Assembly: GCA_963787835.1 (NCBI GenBank)
Contig: CAWBEI010000002.1
Location: 832,001-896,000, forward strand
From: Ignavibacteriota bacterium
GTDB taxonomy: Bacteria > Bacteroidota > Ignavibacteria > Palsa-1295
Direction: 5' to 3'
Length of the DNA: 64,000 nt
Shown: positions 49,002 to 58,906 of the stretch, in pieces
Numbering within the stretch: the stretch's first letter is position 1
Layout of the letters: every line of letters starts with the position of its first letter
The notes under the pieces: generated by a model
The model's input: the letters and a program-made list of their open reading frames with translations, nothing else
The model's database searches: none
Told to the model about the DNA's origin: nothing
Translations under genes and position numbers: made by a program

Positions 49002-50294
49002 TTACCGCTTCGCCCAGCCCTTCAATCGTCTGCGTTCGGCCTGGGACATTTCGATCGGCGGCGGGGGGGCATAGCCTTCTACGACGGTTCGCTCGATCTC
49101 GATGCCGACGCGCTTTTCGATGTCGCGCATGAGCGGCTCTTCTTCGGGGCTTACGAGCGTGATCGCTACACCGGTTTTTTCGGCGCGCGCGGTGCGGCCT
49201 ACGCGGTGGACGTAGTCATCCGGCGACATGGGCGGCTCGTAGTTGATGACGTGGCTAATGTCATCGATGTCGAGCCCACGGGAAGCCACGTCGGTCGCGA
49301 CGAGGGTATCGAACTTTCCATGCTTAAAATCCGCAAGCGCTCTGGTGCGCTCGGATTGGGTGAGATTGGAGTGGATCTTGGTGACATTCACTCTGGCATG
49401 TGCCAGCACATGCGCCACGCGGTCGGCATCGTGCTTGGTGCGCGTGAAGACGAGCGTTCGGGTGGGGATCGCAGATTGAGTCCCATCGGCATTTTCACTG
49501 GAAAGTTCCGTGAGGATTTTTAGCAGAAGTTCCGGCTTCTTCAGCTTCATCACGGAATAGATTTTTTGCGTGATGCCTTCGGCGGGTTTTCGGCGTCCGC
49601 CCACTTCGATTAGGGTGGGATCGTGCGTAAGCCGTCGCGCCAGTTCTTCGATGTCATGCGAAAGTGTGGCAGAGAACATGAGCGTCTGCCGGTCACGCGG
49701 GACATGCGCCGTGATGCGCTTGATCTGCGGCAGGAAGCCCATATCGAGCATGCGGTCGGCTTCATCGAGTACGAGGAACTCCACGCTGGCGAGCGAAATG
49801 ACGCGCTGCTGGAGGAGGTCGTTCAAGCGGCCGGGGGTCGCGATAAGAATGTCGCAGCCCTTCGAAAGATCGCGCTCCTGGGTGCGCTGGCTCACGCCTC
49901 CATAGACGACGACGGCACGAAGTCCGGTCCCCTGCGCAAAGCTGAAGCATGCTTCGAGGACTTGCATGGCAAGTTCTCGTGTGGGTTCCAGCACCAGGAC
50001 GCGGGGTTGATCCTTATGTTTCGGTTTTGGCGAGCAGAGGAGGGAGTCGATGAGGGGCAGCGTAAAGGCTGCGGTCTTGCCGGTACCGGTTTGTGCGATG
50101 CCGATCACATCGTGGCCTTCGAGAATCAGTGGAATGCCCTCGCGCTGGATGGGCGTCGGCGCGGCATAGCCGATCTTCTGTACGCGCTCGCAAATTTCAG
50201 GGATCAGGCCAAGTTCGAAGAATGGTAATTGCTCGATGCCGTTGGTGCCGTTTGGAGCTTCGTGCTCGAGGGGATGTTCTTGTTTTACCGCCAT
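49002..50294 (-). CDS. DEAD-box RNA helicase (RhlE-like)
   Basis: Q motif, [39 protein letters not shown]. Confidence 0.95.
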   Translation of the reverse strand: MAVKQEHPLEHEAPNGTNGIEQLPFFELGLIPEICERVQKIGYAAPTPIQREGIPLILEGHDVIGIAQTGTGKTAAFTLPLIDSLLCSPKPKHKDQPRVLVLEPTRELAMQVLEACFSFAQGTGLRAVVVYGGVSQRTQERDLSKGCDILIATPGRLNDLLQQRVISLASVEFLVLDEADRMLDMGFLPQIKRITAHVPRDRQTLMFSATLSHDIEELARRLTHDPTLIEVGGRRKPAEGITQKIYSVMKLKKPELLLKILTELSSENADGTQSAIPTRTLVFTRTKHDADRVAHVLAHARVNVTKIHSNLTQSERTRALADFKHGKFDTLVATDVASRGLDIDDISHVINYEPPMSPDDYVHRVGRTARAEKTGVAITLVSPEEEPLMRDIEKRVGIEIERTVVEGYAPPPPIEMSQAERRRLKGWAKR

Positions 50295-50363
50295 GTCGTC
50301 ATTCGCTTTTTGTCAGCTTCGTCTAAAGTTTTCATATTTTCGTGGATGATATATTTTCATCAG

Positions 50364-51821
50364 ATGAGATTCCCGAAGCTGTTGGTGTCGCTTTCGCTTT
50401 TCTTAGTAACACTCACGAGCCAAGTTTCCGCACAGGCTCCGCGAACAATTTCGTATCAGGGTGTGCTTACCGGCAAAAATGGCGCGGCCGTCGCCGATGG
50501 GCAGCATATCCTGATTCTTGCGTTATATAGTACGAGAACAGGAGCGGTAGTCCTTTATAGCAAACAAGATACCGTTTCAACCGCCAACGGTGTATTTAGC
50601 ACCTTTCTGGACTCTATCCCTGCAACGGTCACATTTGCCGGGCCGATGTGGCTTGGCATTTCTATCGATGGCGGTTCAGAGCTATCACCGCGTTCGCCGC
50701 TTACATCGGCACCGTATGCACTCAATATACCCGAAGCCACTGCCGCTGTGACTGAGATAACCTCTGCGGATAAGACCGTTACGATCACAAACCCCAAAGG
50801 CCCGACGGTAGATCTTTCCGTGAAAGCGGCGGGCGTGGCATGGTCGAGCATTTCGGGCATTCCGAATGGGTTCCCACCCGATGGCGCGGCCGGTGGCGAT
50901 CTCATCGGTACTTACCCTACACCGACACTCGTAACAACCAGTGTAACACCCGGCAGCTACACCAATGCCAATATCACCGTCGATGCCAAAGGGCGGGTTA
51001 CTGCCGCAACGAATGGTTCAGGCGGCGGAAGCCTTTCGTTGCCATTCAATGGTACTTCATCCTCGAATGTGAGCTTCGAAGTAGGGAACACCGCCTCTAA
51101 TACAGGCATCGCAATCGAAGGTACCAGCAATTCCCCGAGTACATTAACATTTCCTGGAGGCGGGCTGTATGGAACTAATACAGATACGGCATCGAACGCG
51201 TCGGTATTCGGCGTAGTCGGTTTTGTTCATTCTGCTTTTTCAAGTTCAGGTGGAGTGTATGGCCTAAATAGCTCCCAGACCGGCGGCGAAGGAGTGCAGG
51301 GATTTGGATATTACGGTGTCGTTGGCACTTCGAACGCGACTGGATTTGCTGGAATTTATGGCTCCAACGGAAGCAACTCAAATGCGTATTCCGGATATTT
51401 CAATGGAGGCAAAGGCGTCTATATCGCTGGCGATTACACGGCAACTGGAACGAAATCTGCGCTTGTCCCGATCGGCAATGAATGGCGCAAGCTGTATTGC
51501 GAAGAATCATCCGAAGTGTATTTTACCGATTACGGTTCGGGAACCCTCACGAATGGCCGCGCCCATATCGATCTCGATCCCGCATTCCTGCAAACGGTTA
51601 CGATCGACGCTGCAAATCCGATGCGCGTTTTTATCGAAATGAATTCGGAGACGAACGGTGTTTACGTCGCGAAACACGCAACGGGGTTCGATGTCATCGA
51701 AAACGGCGGCGGAACTTCGAACGGCGCGTTCGATTACCGTATTGTCGCAAAGCGCAAAGGGTATGAAGGTGTGCGTATGGAGTCAGCACAACCACCCCAA
51801 GCTCTAAATTTATCAAAATAA
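50364..51821 (+). CDS. Secreted fibre-like protein with a phage-tail-fibre-type repeat and a chaperone-like C-terminal domain
   Basis: Signal peptide; ISYQGVL...[10 protein letters not shown]; [19 protein letters not shown]; Gly-rich GVxG repeats; LYCEES.E..F.DYG...[13 protein letters not shown]. Confidence 0.65.
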   Translation: MRFPKLLVSLSLFLVTLTSQVSAQAPRTISYQGVLTGKNGAAVADGQHILILALYSTRTGAVVLYSKQDTVSTANGVFSTFLDSIPATVTFAGPMWLGISIDGGSELSPRSPLTSAPYALNIPEATAAVTEITSADKTVTITNPKGPTVDLSVKAAGVAWSSISGIPNGFPPDGAAGGDLIGTYPTPTLVTTSVTPGSYTNANITVDAKGRVTAATNGSGGGSLSLPFNGTSSSNVSFEVGNTASNTGIAIEGTSNSPSTLTFPGGGLYGTNTDTASNASVFGVVGFVHSAFSSSGGVYGLNSSQTGGEGVQGFGYYGVVGTSNATGFAGIYGSNGSNSNAYSGYFNGGKGVYIAGDYTATGTKSALVPIGNEWRKLYCEESSEVYFTDYGSGTLTNGRAHIDLDPAFLQTVTIDAANPMRVFIEMNSETNGVYVAKHATGFDVIENGGGTSNGAFDYRIVAKRKGYEGVRMESAQPPQALNLSK

Positions 51822-51846
51822 AAAATTCTGAGCAAGACCCTTATAC

Positions 51847-51974
51847 CGTCATTGCGAGAAGGAATTGCGCAACAAAGTGGAGCAATTCCGACGAAGCAAT
51901 CTCTCCGCTTCGGGACTGAGGTTGCTTCGTCGAACATTCATCGCTCCGCTCTGAATGTTCTCCTCGCAATGACG
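51847..51974. repeat. Composite palindromic element (GTCATTGCGAG...CTCGCAATGAC family)
   Basis: Outer arms cgtcattgcgag / ctcgcaatgacg; inner arms cgacgaagcaatctc / gaggttgcttcgtcg. Confidence 0.8.
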
Positions 51975-52020
51975 TGTTAACAATCCACTATCAACTATTC
52001 ACTAATCCATTCTTGTCATC

Positions 52021-52524
52021 ATGTATTCATTCATCGTTTCTTTACACATTATCAGTGCCGGTGTAATCGTCGGCCTTATCACGAACGCGATCATGGGAAC
52101 CATGATGCGAAAGAAGATCAAGGGAACTCCTGCCGAACTAGCTTCGATCCGCACGGGTGCGATCATGGCACCGATCATGGCGAATATAGGCAGCATGGGG
52201 CTTCTCATCACCGGCGTGATCCTCACGCTGATGCAATATTCGTTCTTCCCATTTTCCACGCTGCCCTGGCTTGCGATCATGCAAACGGATTATCTCGTCA
52301 TCATGGCAATCTCCGGCGCAGTCATGATGCCAACTGGAAAGAAAATTCTCGCCATGGCAAATTCGGAACTCGCCAGCCCCGGCGCCGCCAAGGGCGCCAG
52401 CGATGCACTCCGCGCCCTCGTCGCCAAACAATATACCTGGACGATGATCCTTGCAGTCCTTTTCCTGATCGCCATCCTCGTCGGCGAATCGAAAGATATG
52501 ATGTGGGTCAAGGCTGTGCAGTAA
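52021..52524 (+). CDS. Four-TM membrane protein (DUF2269-like)
   Basis: LHIISA in TM1, ITGVIL, PWL; four hydrophobic segments. Confidence 0.55.
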   Translation: MYSFIVSLHIISAGVIVGLITNAIMGTMMRKKIKGTPAELASIRTGAIMAPIMANIGSMGLLITGVILTLMQYSFFPFSTLPWLAIMQTDYLVIMAISGAVMMPTGKKILAMANSELASPGAAKGASDALRALVAKQYTWTMILAVLFLIAILVGESKDMMWVKAVQ

Positions 52525-52547
52525 GCGCGGTTTCGTTGTAGTGACTT

Positions 52548-52620
52548 GTAGCCGTGACTTTTAAGTCACGGCTACTGTTCCGTGTTGTCAATTTCACCGT
52601 GACTTAAAAGTCACGGCTAC
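52548..52620. repeat. GTAG-type REP doublet
   Basis: gtagccgtgacttttaagtcacgg / ccgtgacttaaaagtcacggctac: perfect 24-bp inverted pair. Confidence 0.8.
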
Positions 52621-52626
52621 GAATTC

Positions 52627-54495
52627 ATGGCTGACATTTTCATCTCCTACTCCCGCAAAGATTCCGGTCAGGCGTTAGCGCTGGCGGAACGGTTGCGCGC
52701 TGCAGGAATGAATGTCTGGATCGATCAGCATGGCATTGAAGCAGCGACTTCATGGAGTAAGGAGATCGTCGAAGCAATCGAGTCTTCACGCGTATTCATT
52801 ATTCTTCTTTCTCGCGCTTCGCTTGTGAGCGCGAATGTCGTGAAGGAGCTTTCAATAGCAAGCGAAGCACATCGCACCATCCTTCCGATCGATCTTGAGA
52901 CGGTTTCAATTCCGAGTGAATTCAAATACCAGCTTGCAGGATTGCAGAGGGCGCAGTTCTCGGATTTCGACGCGATCGTGCGCGCGCCGGAGAAGATCGG
53001 AGTCGTTCCAGGAACCGATACTTCCGTTGCTAACGCTAATACTTCTCGCGGGTATGGAAGTCCACCGGCTCGGCCTCGGCGGAACAAGGTTCTGATTGTC
53101 ACGCTCACCATACTTATTTTGGCGATTGGCGTCAGTGCATATTTCATCTTCTTTGCAAAGAAGATGATTAATTCCCAATCGGATGTAAAAACGCTTGCCG
53201 TCCTGCCATTCGAAAGTCTTAGTTCCGACAAAGATAATGAGTACTTTGCCGATGGGATGACCTCGACACTCATCGATATGCTGCTGCCGATCCCTGAACT
53301 GAAAGTTGTTGATAGAATGTCTGTAATGGGATATAAAAGCGGCAAACGGGATATGAAAAGCATTGCCTCTGAACTTGGTGTCCGATATTTGGTTGATGGT
53401 ACGATCGAAAAGCAAGGGAACAGGATCAAGATAAGTATGCACCTGACTGATGCTCGGACGGATTCCATTCTTTTGAGCAAGAATTTTGAGGGTAATACGA
53501 ATGATCTCATGAGTATGCAAGAGCAAGTTGCTCGATCTATTGTTTATGAATTACAGCTTGCATTCAATCCCTCTGGTGTGGTGATGCCGCCAGAGGCCGT
53601 ATCAGCGGTTCCCGAAGCGTCTAGTCTTGGCGAAATGGGAAGCGCGGTCCCTATGAATTCGGCGGCAAGTATCCGAGTTGCAATTTCCTATTATTTAAAA
53701 GCGGTACAGCTTGATACAGGATATGCTTTTGCATATCTTAATATTGCCAGAAGCTACGGCAATATCTATCCCTACGATCACTCCGACAGCATCCTTTCTC
53801 GCGCTGACTCCTTTTTTGCTATTGGCAAGCGCTTCGACACACCAGGAGTATTTTACCACTTTGTAGCAAGCTGGCTTGCTACGCAGCATCGGGACTTTGA
53901 AACTGCGATCCGAGAAGCAAAAATCTATCTTCAAAAACGTCCGCAAGATGCACGTGGCTACCGGGTCCTGGGATTGGCATACCATGCGGAAGGGAAACTA
54001 GATCTTGCTGTGCTAAATTTTGAGGAAGACCTAAAACGGAATCCTCTCAACATGGGCGAGATGGGTACGATCTACGATGATCTCTATCGAAGTGGCGATA
54101 CAGCTTCTCTCAAAAGATTCGCTACGCAGGTGTTACCGCTTTTCGAATCCGCAGTGATGAGGAACCCTGAAAATCGCGAGCTGGAATCCCGTTATATATG
54201 GATGCTGTTCGCGTCAGGCCGTGGCGATGAAGCTGGCAGAAGAATGGACAACTTCATTAAACCCCCGTTTGACAATCCAAATGGTATGGAAGACGCGGTG
54301 GAATTATTTGCTATGAATAAGAACACCGCACACGCGATGGAATTATTGAGAGATGTCGTCAAAAGAATCAATATTGCTGACACGAATAGTTGGAACCTAA
54401 ACGAAAAAGAGCTTGTCAACCTCCGCCCCTTGCCGGAGTTTCAGGAGTTGCTTAAACATCAAAAGGAAGCAGTTGCGAAAAAGAATGGCCTCTGA
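52627..54495 (+). CDS. TIR - transmembrane helix - TolB-N-like - TPR protein
   Basis: DIFISYSRKD, VWID, VVKELSIA (TIR_2); TM VLIVTLTILILAIGVSAYFIFF; LAVLPFESLS...YFADG; TPRs. Confidence 0.85.
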   Translation: MADIFISYSRKDSGQALALAERLRAAGMNVWIDQHGIEAATSWSKEIVEAIESSRVFIILLSRASLVSANVVKELSIASEAHRTILPIDLETVSIPSEFKYQLAGLQRAQFSDFDAIVRAPEKIGVVPGTDTSVANANTSRGYGSPPARPRRNKVLIVTLTILILAIGVSAYFIFFAKKMINSQSDVKTLAVLPFESLSSDKDNEYFADGMTSTLIDMLLPIPELKVVDRMSVMGYKSGKRDMKSIASELGVRYLVDGTIEKQGNRIKISMHLTDARTDSILLSKNFEGNTNDLMSMQEQVARSIVYELQLAFNPSGVVMPPEAVSAVPEASSLGEMGSAVPMNSAASIRVAISYYLKAVQLDTGYAFAYLNIARSYGNIYPYDHSDSILSRADSFFAIGKRFDTPGVFYHFVASWLATQHRDFETAIREAKIYLQKRPQDARGYRVLGLAYHAEGKLDLAVLNFEEDLKRNPLNMGEMGTIYDDLYRSGDTASLKRFATQVLPLFESAVMRNPENRELESRYIWMLFASGRGDEAGRRMDNFIKPPFDNPNGMEDAVELFAMNKNTAHAMELLRDVVKRINIADTNSWNLNEKELVNLRPLPEFQELLKHQKEAVAKKNGL

Positions 54496-56227
54496 TATTT
54501 TCATCTCCTATTCCTCGAAAGACCGCGAACAGGCGGAGCAGCTTACCGAATTGCTCGCTTCGGCTGGTCTATCCGTGTGGATAGATCAATCTGGCATCGA
54601 AGCGGCGTCCAGTTGGTCCGAAGAGATCGTCAATGCGCTCGATGGATGCAAAGCATTCATCGTGATGCTCTCGCCGAATTCCATCGAATCGAAAAATGTC
54701 GTGCGCGAAGTGTCGCTGGCATTCGAGAAGAACAAAAAGATCCTTCCATTGGACTTGGAACCCGTTTCGCTTCCGGCAAGCATGCAATATCACCTTGCCG
54801 GATTGCAGCGAACATCGATGACGAATATCGATGCCGTTATCCGCGCCCTTGGGAAGCTGGGGCTGGAAGCCACCGGCGCGCCGCAAGCTCCGAAGATCGT
54901 AAAGGAGACCGATGGACGGAAATCGCTGATGATCCTTCCGTTCGAAGACCTTTCGCCAACGGGAGATAATGCGTGGTTTGCTGATGGTATCGTTTCGGAA
55001 CTTATTACAGCGTTGACCAATGTGAAGTCGCTACGCATGATGGACGCGGCGGCGACGAAAGAATACAAAACCTATAAAGGTCATTTGACGACTTATGCAA
55101 AGGAGATGTCCATTCGCTACTTCGTGCAGGGTGATGTCCGCAAGTTCGGAGATAACATTAAGATCACTGCACGGTTGCTTGATATTGATTCCGGAGATTA
55201 TTTGTGGCAGGACTCGATGAAAGGCGTGATGAACGACATCTTCGAAATTCAGGAATCTGTAGCACTCAAAGTGGTGGAAGGGCTGAAAGTGCATCTTGCT
55301 TCAGACGAGAAGCAAAAGCTCGCCGAACGGGGAACCGAAAATGCAGAAGCGTATGAGCTGTTTCTCAAAGCTGGGGAATATTTCTCTCGCCACACGAAGG
55401 AAGGCTTTCGGCTTTCCGCTCAGCTCTTATCAGAAGCGATCACGCTTGATTCCGGTTATGCGCAGGCGTATGTGTTAATGGCAAACTCGCTCGTTGCGCT
55501 TTACGGCGGATATGACCGAACATCTGCGCTCCTGGATGAAGCAGAAACGTGCTGCAAAGAAGCGTTCCGTATCCGGTCCGATCTTTTCGAAGTCTATTAT
55601 CCTCTCTCGATGATCTACATGCACCGGGGCGAGATGGCTAAAGCCGAGGAAGTTGCAAAAGAGTACATCCGGAAAGACCCGCAGAAGTTCAACAGTCATT
55701 TCGCACTCGGATTTTTCTATGACAGTACCGGCCAAAATGCCAAAGCAATCGCTCCGTTTGAGCAAGCGGTTCAACTGAAGCCGGATCATCTCACCAGCTT
55801 ATGGAATCTCGTTGTGAACTGCGAGGCGGCCGGAGATCGGGAGAAATGCGCTCACTGGGCCGAGGTTGCGCTTCCGCTTGTCGAACGTCACCTCAAGCTG
55901 CGTCCCGATGATGAAGGCAAGAGTGTGGAGCATGCGGCGCTGCTCCTCTTGAGTGGCAAAACCGAGGAAGCTCATCTGGCTGCGATAAAGCTCACGAGTC
56001 TGAAGGATGGCAATTCCCTCTACAACGCCGCCTGCCTTTTCAGCAAGCTTGGGGACAAGGCGGAAGCGCTCATAACTTTCCGCAAAGCACTCGAGGTGGG
56101 TTTCAATGATAGCCGGCTCCTGAAGGATTTTCTGCTCGATGACCTCACGGCACTTGCCGGTACACCGGAATATGAGGAAGTGAAGGGAATGGTGGAGAAA
56201 ATAGAGGTGGAAGGAACAATCGGATAA
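54485..56227 (+). CDS. Soluble TIR - TolB-N-like - TPR protein
   Basis: DIFISYSSKD, VVREVSLA; LMILPFEDLS...WFADG; GTENAEAYELFLKA; LYNAAC TPR end; no TM helix. Confidence 0.85.
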   Translation: MASDIFISYSSKDREQAEQLTELLASAGLSVWIDQSGIEAASSWSEEIVNALDGCKAFIVMLSPNSIESKNVVREVSLAFEKNKKILPLDLEPVSLPASMQYHLAGLQRTSMTNIDAVIRALGKLGLEATGAPQAPKIVKETDGRKSLMILPFEDLSPTGDNAWFADGIVSELITALTNVKSLRMMDAAATKEYKTYKGHLTTYAKEMSIRYFVQGDVRKFGDNIKITARLLDIDSGDYLWQDSMKGVMNDIFEIQESVALKVVEGLKVHLASDEKQKLAERGTENAEAYELFLKAGEYFSRHTKEGFRLSAQLLSEAITLDSGYAQAYVLMANSLVALYGGYDRTSALLDEAETCCKEAFRIRSDLFEVYYPLSMIYMHRGEMAKAEEVAKEYIRKDPQKFNSHFALGFFYDSTGQNAKAIAPFEQAVQLKPDHLTSLWNLVVNCEAAGDREKCAHWAEVALPLVERHLKLRPDDEGKSVEHAALLLLSGKTEEAHLAAIKLTSLKDGNSLYNAACLFSKLGDKAEALITFRKALEVGFNDSRLLKDFLLDDLTALAGTPEYEEVKGMVEKIEVEGTIG

Positions 56228-56301
56228 GTGGAACTTTTAAGATGGCATGCATAGTTCTTGTCCATTCTTAAACCTTCCCTTCACATTCAGTATTTTTCAT
56301 T

Positions 56302-56838
56302 ATGCCATCCTCTGCGAATAGTTACCTCATTCTGATCCTTTGCATTGTTGCTTTCTGGGGTTGTTCCTCTTCGAAGGGCGATCTCCCGGTCGTGAAAACG
56401 GTTGACCTTCAAAAGTATATTGGTTCCTGGTACGAACTTGTGCGTTTGCCAAACAGCTTTGAGTCGGGCCTTACATGCGTAATGGCGAATTACTCGCTTA
56501 AACCAAATGGCGATATCAAAGTTGTGAATTCCGGACATAAGATCAAGGATACTTCCAAGGTAAGCACGGCTACCGGCACCGCCTGGGTTCCCGATGCGAA
56601 CGAGCCGACGAAACTGAAGGTCAGCTTCTTCTGGCCGTTTGCCGGGAAATATTGGATCCTTGCTCTGGACTCCAATTACAAATACGCAATGGTTGGCGAT
56701 CCCTCCCGCGACTATCTCTGGATCCTGAGTCGAACCAAAACACTGCCAGAATCGACGATTGATACACTGCTGGCGCACGCGCAGTCCCTGGGTTTTGATA
56801 CTTCAAAAGTGGAGCGAACTGCGCAGGATTGTATGTAA
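56302..56838 (+). CDS. blc: Bacterial lipocalin lipoprotein
   Basis: Lipobox FWGC; VDLQKYIGSWYE; KLKVSFFWPF; YLWILSR. Confidence 0.9.
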   Translation: MPSSANSYLILILCIVAFWGCSSSKGDLPVVKTVDLQKYIGSWYELVRLPNSFESGLTCVMANYSLKPNGDIKVVNSGHKIKDTSKVSTATGTAWVPDANEPTKLKVSFFWPFAGKYWILALDSNYKYAMVGDPSRDYLWILSRTKTLPESTIDTLLAHAQSLGFDTSKVERTAQDCM

Positions 56839-56931
56839 AGATCCGACCCTCGAAAGCTTCTCTGAGAAGAAGCTTGCTAATAGATCTAATGAATATCCCG
56901 AAAGCTTAATTTGATCAATAGATTTGCGCCA

Positions 56932-57405
56932 ATGAAAGAATTCACCTTCCACAAATCACTCTGGCTGCCGTACCCACGCGAACAGGTCTTCGCATTCTTT
57001 GCGAACGCGCGCAATCTTGAGCGAATAACTCCTCCGTTTGTCAGCTTCAAAGTTCTCACCGAGGGAGATATCAAGATGCAGCCCGGCACGCTGATAGATT
57101 ATCGCATCTTGATACGGGGCATCCCTGTGAAGTGGCGCACGGAGATTCGCGAGTGGGAACCACCGCACCATTTCGTTGATGTGCAGCTCAAAGGGCCATA
57201 CAAACTCTGGCAACATACCCACACCTTCGAAGAACATAATGGCGGCACGACATGCCTCGATGATGTCCTCTATTGGCCGCTCGGGGGCGCGCTGACCAAT
57301 TCACTATTCGTCAGGCGAGACGTGGAGAAGATCTTTGCCTATCGTACCGAAAAGCTTTCGGAGATATTCAAAGGGCTTGTGACCGACGGATCAGGCGAGA
57401 GTTGA
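56932..57405 (+). CDS. SRPBCC-family protein
   Basis: VFAFF....NLERITPP; W.TEI..WEPP..FVD.QLKGPY..W.H.H.F. Confidence 0.85.
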   Translation: MKEFTFHKSLWLPYPREQVFAFFANARNLERITPPFVSFKVLTEGDIKMQPGTLIDYRILIRGIPVKWRTEIREWEPPHHFVDVQLKGPYKLWQHTHTFEEHNGGTTCLDDVLYWPLGGALTNSLFVRRDVEKIFAYRTEKLSEIFKGLVTDGSGES

Positions 57406-57449
57406 GGTTGAAGGCTTCATTCTCCTTGAATAAATCGTTATTCCTGATC

Positions 57450-58622
57450 TTACACAACGATCCTACCTTGATTGGCAAGATCCGCTAACGCAAATTTCAG
57501 AGCATCGAAATCCGAGCGATCGTTATACACTTGCGAGGATGCCCGCACATAAAGCTTTCCGTTCGAATTCATTGCTGGAACTTCGATGCGGTATGCATCG
57601 AAGAGCGCGTCGTGCAATCTCTGGACGCGCTCGTCCGTCGCATCTGGGTCACCCGGCAGAAGAAAAGTAGATAGGTTGGCAAGCATCTCGTCCGGAGCGG
57701 CGAGCGGTACGCCAAGCGCTGTGCTGATCTCTCGCCGTGCATCTAAAAGCATCATCCGAGTGTACTCGCGGCTTCCATCAGCCGCGAGCTTTCGGTGGAA
57801 CTCTATTCCGGCAGGGACGCTCAGGAAAGCAGTTGGGTCCAGCGTACCCGTCCATGCGAATTCCGTCTGATACCCACCACCCAAATAATGCGAGATCACC
57901 GTGGGATGAATTTTTGATTGATGCTTCTTATCCACCCATAGGAGTGCTGCACCCTTTGGTGCAAAGAGCCATTTATGACAGTTCCCGACATAATAATCCG
58001 CGCCGAGCGTACTCAGATCGAGATCGATCTGCCCGGGCGCGTGTGCGCCGTCAATTAGCACCGGTATGCCTCGCTCCTTAAAGAGAGCAACAATCTGCTT
58101 AATGGGGAAGATCACACCCGTCGGGCTGGTGATGTGGTCGATCGCGGCAAAGGCAGTTCTCGGCGTGATGGCGCGCGCGATCGCATCCGTCACTTCATAC
58201 GCATCTGCGATCGGGAAAGGAACTTGAGCATCGACTACCGTAGCGCCGCTGAGTTCCGCAACATACACCATTGTTTGCCGGACAGCGCGGTAGGCGTGGC
58301 TGGCCGTCAGCAGTTCGTCGCCGGGTTTGAATGTTGGAAGGAGTGAGCGAAGCACGGCATTCGCGCCGTCGGTCGCGTTGTGAACGAAAACCAGATCTTC
58401 CGCGCGGGAGCCCACGAAGGCTGCAAGTTCAGCTCTTGCCGCTTCGAGATGAATCGGCAATTCGCGCGTCATGAAGCGAACGGGTTCGGATTCCATACGC
58501 TCCTGCCACTCGCGCTGTACGGCCAGCACCGAGCGCGGACATGCCCCGAAGGAGCCGTGATTGAGAAAAATTACGTCTTCATCTAATAACCACTCTTTGC
58601 GGATCGCTTTGCCAAATGTCAT
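57450..58622 (-). CDS. Class V PLP-dependent aminotransferase (isopenicillin-N-epimerase / C-S lyase-like)
   Basis: FLNHGSFGACP, DHITSPTG, IDGAHAPG, GNCHKWLFAPKG. Confidence 0.9.
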   Translation of the reverse strand: MTFGKAIRKEWLLDEDVIFLNHGSFGACPRSVLAVQREWQERMESEPVRFMTRELPIHLEAARAELAAFVGSRAEDLVFVHNATDGANAVLRSLLPTFKPGDELLTASHAYRAVRQTMVYVAELSGATVVDAQVPFPIADAYEVTDAIARAITPRTAFAAIDHITSPTGVIFPIKQIVALFKERGIPVLIDGAHAPGQIDLDLSTLGADYYVGNCHKWLFAPKGAALLWVDKKHQSKIHPTVISHYLGGGYQTEFAWTGTLDPTAFLSVPAGIEFHRKLAADGSREYTRMMLLDARREISTALGVPLAAPDEMLANLSTFLLPGDPDATDERVQRLHDALFDAYRIEVPAMNSNGKLYVRASSQVYNDRSDFDALKFALADLANQGRIVV

Positions 58623-58679
58623 AGTGCGCGCATTAACGCAAAGGGACTTGGGGATGAATCCCCGAGACCTGTTTGATCG

Positions 58680-58842
58680 TCTGAACCTGGATGACGCGGA
58701 GGGGGGGCGGATGACGCGGATACGAATGGTGTCAGTCCAGTGAACGTCTGACTACCATTGAGGTCGAGGGATGGCATTTCTCAGGATGGTTACAGCTATT
58801 ATCCGCGTCATCCGCCCCCCCTCCGCGTCATCCGGGTTCAGA
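58680..58842. repeat. MITE-like palindromic element (TCTGAACCTGGAT family), copy 2
   Basis: 43-bp terminal inverted repeat with 1 mismatch; termini match 7297-7434. Confidence 0.85.
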
Positions 58843-58906
58843 TAGCTGTGAGCTTTTTCGCTTCCGCGTGTTTATTCAGCGTTCGACAATCTATTCCTTT
58901 GATACC

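Noticed and set aside
49455-49510. Extra residues ([13 protein letters not shown]) before motif IV of the DEAD-box helicase as another repeat insertion
   Set aside because: No clear inverted repeat or 7-nt period, and this loop varies naturally in length.
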